The notes below the pieces were generated by a model. That model did not search any database, had not been told where the DNA came from, and saw nothing but the letters and a program-made list of their open reading frames with translations. The position numbers were made by a program, and so were the translations under genes. DNA of 64,000 nt from Macrostomum lignano (lineage: Eukaryota), in contig NIVC01000021.1 of the NCBI GenBank assembly GCA_002269645.1, forward strand, positions 2,905-66,904. Reading direction: 5' to 3'. How positions within the stretch are numbered: the stretch's first letter is position 1; every line of letters starts with the position of its first letter. This document shows, in pieces, positions 10,898-26,700 of the stretch.

Positions 10898-13800
10898 TTA
10901 CAGGAATACTCCGTCGCTCGGATCCTCATCAGCGCTGTCATGGGTTTGGACTGCATGTACGTGTACCGCGTCGGGAGAAGAAGCGTTGGCGCGGTGATGC
11001 AGCTGAACTGGTTCGTCGAATTCAAACCCAAAATTTGTCTGCGTCTGGGCGCACGTCTGCGACTGGGAAGGCGACTGCCTGGGCTCGATCGTCAAGTCTT
11101 TCGTCGAGGACAGGCGACGTCGGTTTTCCAGATAGGCCGAAATTGTCTCGAGAGCCTGGCGCCGGTGCAGCTTCTCCTTGCTCTCCCGACAGAACATCCG
11201 CAGGCGGGAGACCGTGTACAGGTAGGGGTTCAAGGCCGAGTTGATTGGCAGCGCGAATATCACCAGGCCGGTGGTGGTCGTGCGGGAGATTTTGTAGCCG
11301 GACGACACCAACAAGAACAGCACGATGGTTGGCAGCCAGCAGATGAGATCCGTCAGCACCAGCAGGAATAAACGGCGAGCCATCAAGTGGTCGATGTCCA
11401 TCGCTTTGCGCTTTGCCTTTCGGCGCGTGTTCTTGAGGTACAGAAACACGCGCAGGTAGCAGCCGGTCATGAAGGCAAAAGCGGCGCAGTTGTACACGAT
11501 GGCAACGAACTGCGGGACCCGCTGGAGCATGGGGATCTGGCTGTCTAGATAGAAGGGCGAGCAGGCCGCGTTCAGGTTATAGGGCATGTTCCTGCGCACT
11601 GTCTCCGATAGAAACAGCAGCGAGAAACTGCAAGTTGCGAGCCAGGTGCTGCCAACTATGATGGCCACTCTCTGCAGGGTCCAGCCGTGCTGCTTGAAGC
11701 GCTGCACAGTCAGCTTGTAGCGGTCGTACGACAGGAAGGCTAAAATGGTGACGGAGACCTCGCTGCTGATGGTGGCCAGGATGGCGCAGACGGTGCACAG
11801 GCTGGAGGCGCGCCACTGGTCGTCGTGAGCGATGTAAATGTGGCGGTAGGAGGTGTCGGTGCCAGCTATGATCAACAGGTACACACCCATCAGCAGGTCT
11901 GCCAGACTGAGGTTTAAGATCAGAAAGTCCGTAGTCTTCTTCAGCAGCTTCTTCACCACTCGCCACGCGATGACGAACAGGTTACCAAATAAAGCCAGGC
12001 AGCCGAAGATCCAAACCATGACCTGCTGCGCCAGATCGCCAAGTAGATCGTCGCACGAGCTGAAGCCGTCAGCTGGCGGTGTGCAGTTCACGGCGATGCC
12101 ATCAGCCAGACAGCAGAATTTGAAGGAGTCGGTGTACAGATTGTCCAGCCGGCTCAGCTTTGCAAATGTCCCGATGGGAATGTAGACGTCCTGGCCGGTG
12201 CCAGACAAGTCCAGGGTGTTGAGCTGATGCGGCCCGCCGGTGAAAGCCATCTCATCGATGCTTTTTAGTGGGTTCCGGCTCAGATTCAGGTGGCGCGTGC
12301 TGTTGCTATCGAAGAGAAAATAGTTCGGCAGGCTGGCTATGCTCATATTCGAGAGGTCGAGGTCCACTACGAGTGGCAGGTGAGCGAAGCCGAAGCTCTC
12401 AATGGTTACTATCGGGTTACCTCGAATCAGCAGCGTGTTCAGATGTACCAGACCGGCCCAGACATGGCCTGGTATGATGCTGATTTCGTTGTTACTCAAA
12501 TCAAGGTAGCGCAGATTGACCAGGTAAAAGAACAGGCCAACAGCAATCTCTTTAAGGCCGATACTGCGCATCTCAAGCAGGCCAAGCAGGGACAGGTGGT
12601 CAAAGTCACCAGGCTTCGCAGAGACCTGCGTGTTCCCACTCAAGTACAGCGCCCTGGTCAACGGCGAGACAGTCTGATTGATGTTGAAGTTCAGTGGACG
12701 CAGGCACTCCGTGATGTAGCCACGACAGTTGCAGGGCTGCCGGCATTCCATGTCGCAGAAGGCCTCGTCCTCGCCGTCTCGACAGTGAGCGATCCCGTCG
12801 CAGGAATTCTCCGCCGGCACGCTGATGTTGAACGAGCCAAGTACGCCGTGAGGGCTGTGACAGCGTAGGTGACCAGTGAGCTGTGATGGGGGTGGATGTC
12901 AATTATGAGCTGTGATGGGGGTGGATGTCAATTATGAGCTGTGATGGAGGTGGATGTCAATTATAAGCTGTGATGGGGGTGGATGTCAATTATAAGCTGT
13001 GATGGGGGTGGATGTCAATTATAAGCTGTGATGGGGGTGGATGTCAATTATAAACTGTGATGGGGGTGGATGTCAATTATAAGCTGTGATGGGGGTGGAT
13101 GTCAATTATGAGCTGTGATGGAGGTGGATGTCAATTATAAACTATCAAATTATCAGACAGTTTGCAAAACAGCAAATGCTCAGCACGCACCAGAGGAGGC
13201 TCAGAGCAGTCGATCTCATCGGCCCCATCGCTGCAGTCCTGCACGCCGTCGCACAGCCTGTAGACCGGGATGCAGTAGCCAGAGGGGCACTGGAAGAGAC
13301 GCCGACAGCCAAAGCCCGCACGGTCGCCCACACAGCTGCGCAGGTGCTCCATGTTCGGGCAGACCTGCTTGCCAAACTGCCGCCGATCGAAGACGCACGC
13401 GTCGCGCCTGGGAAAACACTTCACGTGGTTTAACATGCAGCGCTCCCATTGGCTGTCGGGGCAGTCCGGGAACTTCTGCGAGCCCGGATCGATGACGTCC
13501 TCGCCTCGGGTGCAGTTGTTGGCGCGTAGGCACGTCATGGCCTCGTCTTCTAGCAGGCTGCCCGGACAATCGACCTGCGTGTCGTTCACCAGGCCGTTCG
13601 GGATGCACGACCGCTGAGGCACTGGAAACCGTTGCAGGTTTCGCAGTTCTGCTCGTCGGTGAGGTCCTGGCACGAGCTGATGCCGTTGCAGCTGAATTCA
13701 TTTGAAATGGGGTTGGTTTCAGACATTTTACATCACAAAGTACCTCTGAGTGGCTGAATTAGCCATGCCCTGAGGTTTGCAACTATACATACTTGAAAGT

Positions 13801-16800
13801 AGAAATTCAGAATTTTGCTGATAAACTCAATGACCTGTTTTTTCGCACTTAATTTGAAGAAATATTATCTCGGTCGATAGACCATGATTACAGGTAAATA
13901 TATATCGCTGTAAACTGCTAGGGAGACAAGACAGATGAATTATTCATTCCCTTCTTGGCCAAACACAAGAAAAAAATCCTGAGGTCCAAAATAAGGTTTT
14001 AGTATTTACCGCTGCTCATTGGGAATGCACTCCTTGGTTCTCTCGCATTGGAATTCGTTCGCTTTGCACGGGCTGAACTGGCAGTCGGCCTCGTCCAAGC
14101 CTGTGCTGCAGTCGACCTTGTGGTCGCACAGCCGAGACCAGCTGATCCGCTGCAAATGAGTGCCGCCGCTGTTGCACTCGAAGAATCGATCGACAACTTC
14201 CGAGCTGCAGTCCATTTCGTCCTCGCCACCTTCGAAAGAAACGAATTTGTAAGAGAGAATTTTTGAAGCCGGCTCAACCAAAGCAGGCATCTTCAGACTC
14301 TACTTCTCTCACTTTTCTTTAAGTATGCTTACAGTGCAACAGTAAAGAAGGCGTGCTATTGCCATAAAGTTCAGAGATCCACCTTTCACTGCGATGATTA
14401 GTGAAAATCTACTACAAGGGACGAACCAACAAACTCACAAACTATTGATAATTTAACTGATGTCCGCTATGCTAAAAATGATTCGTCTGCTGCTAAAGAA
14501 GCACTGAATGCTCTGGTTTTCATGTCTTTTCGTTTTTTGACGCTTCATGCACTCACTGGGACAGTCCTTCTTTCCATCACACTGTCCGTCGCTGCTGATG
14601 CAGGTCCCATCGAGACAGGCGAATTGGTTGCTACGACAACCGACCTGCTCGGCCACCGGGCTACGCTCGCAGAGCACGGACCGAGTTGGCAGCCTTCCGA
14701 TCTCACCGCCAGTGCGTCTGTTTTCATGAAATGTGGGCGCTTCGACATCATCATGAATCCAGCTGAACCCCACCGGATTGAAAGCGTTCGCTAGATCATC
14801 GTCGCTGCCAGCTCTGCTGTAATCGGAAAAGGGATTCCTGTCCGATGAGAACACGAATATGCGGCCTCTCTGCACCGAGTAGCGCCAGACTCGCAGCATT
14901 TGATTGAAAGGCTTCTGCTTGCTGACCTCCTTCGGCATTGTGGCAATCTGGCTGCCCAGCCTCTCGCACATGAGCCTGGCCGCATCCAAGGTCAGGTTCG
15001 GTTCCACGGCACTACTGTTGAGAGTCAACAGCATGTAGCACTGGCGCTTGTGCTCGATCCAGTTGTCTGCGCAGGTGGGAGCCTCCGCCCGGATCTTCTC
15101 CAGCTGCTGGTTGAAATGGCGCTCCAATTCTACCTTGTGATTTTCGTCTCGAGACCGTTCGCAGATGTGGCTCTGGCCTTTGATCTCGATGTTGCAGGGC
15201 ACCTTGATCCAGTTGGAGTGGTGCCGCGGGTTGTGCAGCATCATGCCCACGCACGGGTAATTGGGATCGTTGCTCGGCTGTGGGAATTCCTCATTGATGA
15301 AGGCTTGAACGTTGGGCGAAGAGCGCGAGTAGACCGTCTCATAGTGCGAGGGGAACCACTCGTGAAAGACGAAGGGCTCGCCGTTGCTCCACTCAAAGTT
15401 CTGGAAATTTGTACATGTAGCTCGTAAATAAGGTGTAGTTTTAAGCAGAATTTAGCAGAAAAGGTCCGTGTAGCACCTAAGTCAGGGGCTACTTAAATTT
15501 AACTATTGAATTAGAAACTAATTTTAAGTATTATTGAAGAACAGCTGACTGGCTGATGCTTCGATTATTGTAACGTCTTCCTCGCAATTATAAACATTTT
15601 GCAAGGCAGCAAAGCATTGCAGTATCGCATTAACAGGGTCCAACAGCTATAGAGCCTACAGAAACTTTCAAGTCTTATAGAGCAACCACTTACATTGCTG
15701 AGGTAGAAATAGTCCATGTTGAAGCTCTCGTCCTCTTGAGGAATTCGAACTGTCGGTCGGAACTCCGTTCGCACCTCCGGCCGAGCCCGCAGCCCGATGT
15801 AGATGAACACGTCCGGGTGGGCGAACGCCTCCGAGTGCCATTCGTAGAGCAGCATCTGTTTGATGGCGTTCATCTCATCCTGGCTCTGGATGCTGACCAG
15901 GTGCCCGCCAAGCCTTGAGCACTCCATTGAGGCTTCATCCCAGGAGACCGGAGCGCTTGGACGCTTGTACGCGTAGCAGGAGTTGTTGAAGCTAATCCAT
16001 CCTGGCTCGGAGCAGGGCTCGAACTTCATGCGACTGGCGTCCTGCTTCAGCTTGAAAGATATGGAGAAGCCCTGGTAGGAGCTGGACGTTTGGGATATCT
16101 TACTGGCCTGGAAATGCGGGAGGTGAATGAATGATCTTACCACTTGTACTTTAATCTCCAAAGACCAACCTCTCAATAGTTCGGCTAAATGCAATAGGCC
16201 TTTGCCCTATCTGGAAACAAAAACTATGTGCAAATACTTTACCTGTAAACTTACCAGAAACATCAACAGCAGTCTTCGACTTGATATAGTGGAGAACTTC
16301 TCCCCTTTCTTGTAGCCACAGAGAGTTGTCTCCTTGCTGAATGAGCCGTTGATGGACTCGGACATGAGGAGCTTGCTGTTCAGGCACACGTCGAGGGTGA
16401 ACACGTCCAGCGAAAACTCGTAGTAGTGGCTGAGGCTTTCCGACTCGTTCCGACTTCGCAGCGGGTCGAAGATCCATACCAGGGGCTCCTCGTAGTTCTG
16501 GTACGCGAAAGGGTAATTCGGGGTCTCCAAGAAACCGCATTCATTTTGAACAATCTGCTCGCTATCTGAATTGACATTTTTAATTTCGTTGTGCGGCACG
16601 CGAGTTCGACACTTTTGCTCCAGGTGGATAGACCAGTGATCAGGCGAGAACGGACAGGTGGAGGTGTAGCTGACAGTCACCAAGTAGGATCCATTTATCT
16701 GCTGACGAACGAAATTTAAGGTCGAGGAGCAGTTGGTCTTGTCGAACATCGATAAGGGACCTGGAAGGCTCTGGGTTTCGTTGAGCAACATGAGCGCCGT

Positions 16801-19313
16801 CAAGAATCGGTTTGTGAATAACGAAAATACGAGATACGGCTCGGGTGTAACGAAGGTCACAGAGTGATTGGACACACTTTCAATGCACTTTTTCACGGGC
16901 GATTGCAGCATGACGCAGTCGGCGTTAATAATTTCCTGTTTCTGGTTCCAGAAGTTCACGTGGTCGCATTTGTACCGGTTTATATTAAAGCTGAGGACGA
17001 CACCGTCAGGGACCACCTGCTCCTGCCCTCTCAGGTCCTCAAAATAATAAATCCACGTTTCCATCGACTTGTTCCGAGCCATAACCACTATTGGGGGGCT
17101 GGGCGCGCAGTAGGGGCCTTCTGTCTCTTCATTACCGTCTGCGTCCGTCAGGATGATGATGAAGCCGCTCATGCGACAGCTCGGATCAGGCGGGTCGGTG
17201 TACAAACCGAATCGAGTAAAGTTAAAGTACACATCGGACTTCCATTCAGCGGATTTGATGTAGAGCGGCACGGTTAGCTGCACAGATCTCTGTCTGGGTT
17301 GAATTGCGTGCATTTTTTCCTGTAAAGATTTGAACGAGTAGAAGAAGCTGAAGTTTTTATAGGTAGCGATTTGTGAGTCGGCAATCATTGGACTGTCGCC
17401 AACTTCGCTGGAATCGTTGCCCATGCGGTCTCGCATTCTGCTGGCCTGGACAGTCAAAACTAGCGGGTCCAGCACTCGAGAGTAGAGCGAGAATACAAAC
17501 ACCATCATCTGAGGCGACAGCCTGTCAAATTCTACCGGGTCAAGGCAGGTCAAGCCGGTCGTGTTCGGCTCGTTCATGAAGTTGTGCTCCAGAAGGTCCC
17601 TTGGTGTAGGAGACGCCATCAGCCGGTCCGAGTAGGCCAAGATCAGGTTTCTGTAGCACTCGGATTGGTTGCGCGAGGTTGCGTTGACGAAAGACAGCGT
17701 AGCGTTGATTTTTCTGGCGTAGGCGGTCTCGAACTTGAAGATGTAGGTGCTGTGGTTGTAAAAGGCGCTGTCAATCTCCGTGACGTAGTTCGGCGCCACT
17801 TGGCTGAGATCGATAGTCACGGGCTTGTCATCTTCCAGAGTGAACTCGTCAATGCGCTTGCGGTACTCCCACTCTTCCCTCTTCAAGTCGGTGTACCGGA
17901 TTCTGAACCGGCTGGTGGACTTGCTGTCAGTTCTGAAGGCGATTGAGGCCGAATCGGAGTTAATGTGGTAGTAGAACGGCGTTCGATAGCCGCAGCCATA
18001 ATCGTTGAAAGTTTCGTTGCCAATGGCATGAATGATCTCTAGCCGGTCGTACACACAGCTTGCGCCTGAGTAGTCCAACCGGAACGATTCGAAGTCAAGC
18101 AGCAACATCCTTCGTGGCGAGCTCGAAGTTATGTTTACATAGCATAGGCTCACGCGGTCCGCATTGGGCCTGTCGATTGAGACGATGCTATCCGTTGTGG
18201 CCTCGAGGTTCTGCTCTCCGCTGATGCAGTGCACGGGCAGGTACTGCGACAAAGTCACCTTGAAGCCCGTTTTCTCAATTTGACTGTCCGATCGAAAGAT
18301 TAACCGGATGTCCGAGCCAAGGTTCTTCCAGACGGTGTCTTGTCGGCCGTCGCTCAGGGTGCAGACGCTGCCGCAGCATTCGACGCTGGAGTTGAAAGCG
18401 GCCTCTTCAAACACCAGACTGTCCCGAACGCAAGACTGGTCGTCCGGCTTTTCAATGTGCAGGTGGCTGAACTTGATTTGGAACAGGGCGCCGGGCTCAG
18501 TGGCGCGGATGAGCACGGAGCAGTTGACATTCGGTGGATAGAGATTGCTATCGTTGCTTATCCTCGGTGAGTATATTGTGATGAGAGAGCTCTGTACCAC
18601 AGGTACGTCGTTATGAAGATCGCAGATGCCGTACCTATGGTGGGGTATTTTTAATCCTATTGTCTAGTTAAATGTGATGGAGAGTTGAGAGTCACTGTGT
18701 TGGAGAGTTGGGAGTCACTGTCTTGGAGAGTCTGGAGTCACTGTCTTGGAGAGTCTGGAGTCACTGTCTTGAAGAGTTGGCAGTCACTGTCTTGGAGAGT
18801 TGGGAGTCACTGTCTTGGAGAGTCTGGAGTCACTGTCTTGGAGAGTCTGGAGTCACTGTCTTGGAGAGTTGGCAGACACTGTCTTGGAGAGTTGGGAGTC
18901 ACTGTCTTGGAGAGTTGGGAGTCACTGTCTTGGAGAGTTGGGAGTCACTGTCTTGGAGAGTTGGGAGTCACTGTCTTGGAGAGGTGGGAGTCACTGTCTT
19001 GGAGAGGTGGGAGTCACTGTCTTGGAGAGTTGGGAGTCACTGTCTTGGAGAGGTGGGAGTCACTGTCTTGGAGAGGTGGGAGTCACTGTCTTGGAGAGTT
19101 GGCAGTCACTGTCTTGGAGAGGTGGGAACCACAATCGGTAGCCAAGCTCCAATTTTAGGAGCTAGGGTGGGAAACTCACCCTGATTCAGTAAATTTCGGA
19201 TTGTACGCCGATTCCAGCAGCTGATTTGGCTCAAGACCATCGTGACCGTGGCTGTGCGGCTGCGGCAGCTGCACGCACACCAAGGCGAATAGCAGCAGTC
19301 CGACTCGCTCCAT
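10898..19313 (-). CDS. Giant LGR/GRL101-like GPCR: signal peptide, CUB domains, two C-type lectin-like domains, LDLa repeats, LRRs, 7TM (~2,158 aa). Exons 19313..19180, 18634..16255, 16107..15694, 15400..14557, 14229..14010, 13691..13191, 12880..10898
   Basis: All six GT-AG introns join in phase. CUB (YPPNVNC..., GFSISF), CTLD (CSEPGWISFNNSCY, FEWSNGEP), LDLa (CDGKKDCPSGEDE, CDGVQDCSDGADEIDC), LRR (LRYLDLSNNEI), hinge (TDSFKFCCL...SCDDLL), 7TM with DRY and LNPYLY. One 1-nt frameshift near 13608. Confidence 0.88.
12878..13138. repeat. 29-bp minisatellite x9 filling the last GPCR intron; each unit is a copy of the 3' splice site
   Basis: Unit (G/A)AGCTGTGATGGGGGTGGATGTCAATTAT; the minus strand reads ATAATTGACATCCACCCCCATCACAG|CT. 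Confidence 0.92.
18680..19125. repeat. 23-bp minisatellite GAGAGTTGGGAGTCACTGTCTTG in GPCR intron 1
   Basis: Direct inspection; periodic ORFs in all frames. Confidence 0.95.
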
Positions 19314-19804
19314 GAATTGCCTTCGCATCGGGCCGTTGGCGTCGGCAGACCGCTGGGCTGGCAATCAAGTTTAGTGCTGTCGACTGTTTCGGCTGGGCAA
19401 CTGAGTAAAAATACGCCAAAACTGTAGTGAGGAATTGCAGCTCCCTGGCCTGCTTGGAGAGTCCCTGCAGTTTCTACTGGAAAGAGAGACAGCGGCAGGG
19501 AGACGGGGGAAGGGAGACGCAGAGGTGGGACGGCAGCTCGCGAGAAGCAGCTGGCGGCCTCCCAGAGCTTATCGCAGCCACCAGCAGTGCGAATCGAATG
19601 CGCAGTCCGATGAATTTAATGACTCGGTGGCCCCGCTTATCGCACTGCAGTGCGGCTACGGGTTTCGAGTCCGCCTGCCGAGTTTACTGGTTGCGAGGCC
19701 CAGGGGCCCCCTGGATCTAAACTGTGGCTTTGTTGTTAATTTAATGGCTTTTCACCTCTCCATTCTGTCCATGACGCACAGGCGTCTACGACAACTGACT
19801 GTCG

Positions 19805-20060
19805 CCAACCCCAACCCTAGCCTAAACCCTAACCTAAACCCTAGCCTAAACCCTAACCTAAACCCTAACCTACACCCTAGCCTAAACCCTAACCTAAACC
19901 TTAACCTACACCCTAACCTAAGCACAAGCCTAAACCCTAACCTAAACACTAACCTAAACCCTAAACAAAAACCCTAACCGAAACCATAAACTAAACCTAA
20001 ACTAAACTCTAAACTAAGCCTAAACTAAACCCTAAACTAAGTCCCAACCTAAATCCAAAC
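19805..20060. repeat. Degenerate telomere-like hexamer array (CCCTAA/CCTAAA)n, interstitial
   Basis: Direct inspection. Confidence 0.85.
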
Positions 20061-20362
20061 CTTTGAATTGTCGGGCGTCAAATAGCTAGCAATCAATTCG
20101 CTGACAGTTTTTGACGACATTCAAACGTCCTAAATGTTACAAAAATGTAATTTTATGTACAAATCATACTACTGCGATAACAGTAGTATAAATCAGCAAG
20201 AGATCAGATAGTGAGCAAAAATAGGATTTTACATGCTTTTGAAGAAATCGGTCTTATTATTTACCATATTTTTATTTCTATTAAAGTCCAACAACGTTTT
20301 GACAGCAATTTCGATTCAAAATAGAAAAAGAAGAACAAGTCGGTCGAGTGCCAGAATAAGCA

Positions 20363-22590
<2,228 letters not shown>

Positions 22591-23004
22591 CAAACTGGAT
22601 GTCGGTGGCGGCACGTGGGACATACAGCCGAATTTCTCAGTCAAACAAAAATAAGAGGAACAATGAAATTGAGCTGCACAAAGTTGCCTCTGTGATTTCC
22701 CGTGTAAATTCTTTCACTGACTGAACTCTGCAGAGTTGGGGAAAGCTGAGACACAATAAGAACGGAGTGGAAGATCGGTGGAAATATCCCCTCAGATCCC
22801 CACTGGGATTGTACGCGCCTGGGCAGGGTTGCTCAGAGTTTGCCCCACGTGTCTGAGGGGAAGGCAGGCGGGCAACAGATGGCGCAGGGCTCAGGGTCCG
22901 GCAGGGCAGCGTGGGCTTCGTGACGTGGCAGAGAGCGTTGGTCAGCTCGCTTGATCCGGGCTGTCCGTCTGGCGCTGCGCTTAACCACCGTTCAGTGTGT
23001 GAGG

Positions 23005-23566
23005 ATACAGCAGGAACACAGCAGGAATACAGCAGGAATACAGCAGGAACACAGCAGGAATACAGCAGGAATACAGCAGGAATACAGCGGGAACACAGCA
23101 GGAATACAGCAGGATTACAGCGGGAACACAGCAGGAATACAGCAGGAATACAGCAGGAATACAGCAGGAATACAGCAGGAATACAGCAGGAATACAGCAG
23201 GAATACAGCAGGAAAACAGCAGGAATACAGCAGGAATACAGCAGGAACACAGCAGGAATACAGCAGGAATACAGCAGGAATACAGCAGGAGTACAGCAGG
23301 AATACAGCAGGAATACAGCAGGAATACAGCAGGATTACAGCAGGAATACAGCAGGAACACAGCAGGAATACAGCAGGAATACAGCAGGAATACAGCAGGA
23401 GTACAGCAGGAATACAGCAGGAATACAGCAGGAATACAGCAGGATTACAGCAGGAATACAGCAGGAACACAGCAGAAATACAGCAGGAATACAGCAGGAA
23501 TACAGCAGGAGTACAGCAGGAATACAGCAGGAATACAGCAGGAATACAGCAGGATTACAGCAGGAA
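23005..23566. repeat. 11-bp minisatellite CAGCAGGAATA
   Basis: Direct inspection. Confidence 0.95.
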
Positions 23567-23732
23567 TGAAGTCAGCTCTAGTCGGGAGCAATCACCAGCC
23601 ACTTGGTTGATGTATTTTGTTTCTCGTTTTATATATTTATAAATTGGAATTACAAAAGCATTGGGTACAAAGATTCGCGCAGAAATTTAAGTACAAAGAC
23701 GCAGGTAAAATAGTGATTAGTCAGTCCTCTGC

Positions 23733-26700
23733 TCACACAGTCTTCTTGGTGCTGTCCGGCTCTTCAGCGACTTCACCGACAAGATCTCCGCTCTGCATCT
23801 TCTTGATGTACACGGCTTTGAGGATCTCCAATGACTGGCACTGCAGGTGCGACATGATCAGGCAGAACAGCATTGCCAGCAGCGAGGATGACGACATAGC
23901 GTACAGCATGGCCCTGCGAGTCAGTTCGGTCAGTGGCTGAGCTGTCAGGAGCAGCTTGACTTGGCTATTGCACACGCTCCCGCAGGGTGTACAACGGCTC
24001 TGACTTCCTCATCGTTAGGTAGCGCACAGGCTCTGAGTCCGTGCATTGGAAGGTTTGGCCAGCCTCCCAGATCCTCCGTTGCTAAGCCAGCCTCCCAGAT
24101 CCTCAGATGCTGGGCCAGCCTCCCGGATCCTCAGTTGCTGGGCCAGCCTCCCAGATCCTCAGTTGCTGAACCAGCCTCCCAGATCCTCAGTTGCTAGACA
24201 AGCCTCCCAGATCCTCAGTTGCTGAACCAGCCTCCCAGATCCTCAGTTGCTAAGCCAGCCTCCCAGATCCTCAGTTGCTGGACCAGCCTCCCAGATCCTC
24301 AGTTGCTAGACCAGCCTCCCAGATCCTCAGTTGCTGAACCAGCCTCCCAGATCCTCAGTTGCTAGACCAGCCTCCCAGATCCTCAGTTGCTAAGCCAGCC
24401 TCCCAGATCCTCAGTTGCTAAGCCAGCCTCCCAGATCCTCAGTTGCTAAGCCAGCCTCCCAGATCCTCAGTTGCTAAGCCAGCCTCCCAGATCCTCCGTT
24501 GCTAAGCCAGCCTCTCAGATCCTCAGTTGCTGGGCCAACCTCCTGGATCCTCAGTTGCTGGGCTGCCAGCCTCCCAGATCCTCAGTTTCTGGGCCAGCCT
24601 CCCGGATCCTCAGTTGCTAAGCCAGCCTCCCAGATCCTCCGTTGCTAAGCCAGCCTCTCAGATCCTCAGTTGCTAGACCAGCCTCCCAGATCCTCAGTTG
24701 CTGGGCCAGCCTCCCAGATCCTCAGTTGCTGAACCAGCCACCCAGATCCTCAGTTGCTAAGCCAGCCTCCCAGATCCTCAGTTGCTAGACCAGCCTCCCA
24801 GATCCTCAGTTGCTGAACCAGCCTCCCAGATCCTCAGTTGCTAGACCAGCCTCCCAGATCCTCAGTTGCTGGACCAGCCACCCAGATCCTCAGTTGCTAA
24901 GCCAGCCTCCCAGATCCTCAGTTGCTAAGCCAGCCTCCCAGATCCTCAGTTGCTAAGCCAGCCTCCCAGATCCTCCGTTGCTAAGCCAGCCTCTCAGATC
25001 CTCAGTTGCTAGACCAGCCTCCCAGATCCTCAGTTGCTGGGCCAGCCTCCCAGATCCTCAGTTGCTAAGCCAGCCTCCCAGATCCTCCGTTGTTAAGCCA
25101 GCCTCTCAGATCCTCAGTTGCTAAGCCAGCCTCCCAGATCCTCCGTTGCTAAGCCAGCCTCCCAGATCCTCAGTTGCTGGGCCAGCATCCCGGATCCTCA
25201 GTTGCTAGACCAGCCTCCCAGATCCTCAGTTGCTGGGCCAGCCTCCCAGATCCTCAGTTGCTAAGCCAGCCTCCCAGATCCTCCGTTGCTAAGCCAGCCT
25301 CTCAGATCCTCAGTTGCTTGGCCAACCTCCCGGATCCTCAGTTGCTGGACCAGCCTCCAAGATTCTCCGTTGCTGGGCCAGTCTCCCAGATCCTCAGTTG
25401 CTGGACCAGCCTCCCAGATCCTCAGTTGCTGGACCAGCCTCCCAGATCCTCAGTTGCTGGGCCAGCCTCCCAGATTCTCCGTTGCTGGGCCAGTCTCGCA
25501 GATCCTCAGTTGCTGGACCAGCCTCCCAGATCCTCAGTTGCTGGACCAGCCTCCCAGATCCTCAGTTGCTGGGCCAGCCTCCTAGATTCTCCGTTGCTGG
25601 GCCAGTCTCGCAGATCCTCAGTTGCTGGACCAGCCTCCCAGATCCTCAGTTGCTGGACCAGCCTCCCAGATCCTCAGTTGCTGGGCCAGCCTCCTAGATT
25701 CTCCGTTGCTGGGCCAGTCTCCCAGATCCTCAGTTGGTAGACCAGCCTCCCAGATCCTCAGTTGCTGGACCAGCCTCCCAGATCCTCAGTTGCTAAGCCA
25801 GCCTCCCAGATCCTCAGTTGCTAAGCCAGCCTCCCAGATCCTCAGTTGCTAAGCCAGCCTCCCAGATCCTCAGTTGGTAGACCAGCCTCCCAGATCCTCA
25901 GTTGCTGGGCCAGCCTCCCAGATCCCCAGTTGCTGGGCCAGCCTCCCAGATCCTCTACCACCCTTATTCCTAAAGACAGCACAAAAAGTGACTCACTTGA
26001 ACTGCTTGCTCTCAGGATCCAGGATTCGCCTCTGCTGGTAGGCCATCGTGAACAGAGCCAAAGAGCCCGTGAAGGTGATGGCGAACAGAGCTGAGAACAG
26101 GATGTACCAGCCGCGGTACCGCCTAAGCAGCTTCCGAACTTGAACAACTTCATCGTCTGAGAGAATTCTCGTGTTGCCATCCACCCAGTTGTGGTACATG
26201 GACCGCATGCTGGCCAAATCAAGCAGAAATTTCAATTTAAAAAAACAGCCTTGAATTTCTAAAAATATTGAAATGCGAGCACTTGAGCATTTTAAAAGAG
26301 TTCTCGGGCAATCGATGTAGCTCAAAGTGGTAAAAGAATTTGAACCATAGATACAATAGTTCAGTGAATGTTCGATGTTTAATGTCGTCAGCCATAAATG
26401 GTAAATATTCCCCATTTATACCATTTGCGAAGCCTCGGTCATTAAACTCGGTCAGTTAAGCATTTATTGCCATAGACAATTGTATAAATTGGGAATATAT
26501 GAAATTTACACCGAGACCATAGATGTTCGCCCGGGGCAGGTGGGGGATACATCATGTATTATGCTGCATAGAAAACTTGATTAAGGCTCAATGTACTCGT
26601 GAAGGTGAGCAGTGAGCACCGCACAGCAGCAAAAGGCAGATTTACAGGTGAGACACCTCACAGCATGAATAATAGGCGGCAATTCAATGGTGCACTCAGA

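Noticed and set aside
12878-13138. 29-bp repeats of CRISPR-like length
   Set aside because: Head-to-tail with no spacers; lies within a spliceosomal intron.
19805-20060. True telomere or chromosome fusion site
   Set aside because: Degenerate mixed hexamers, short, in one orientation, and flanked by ordinary genes.
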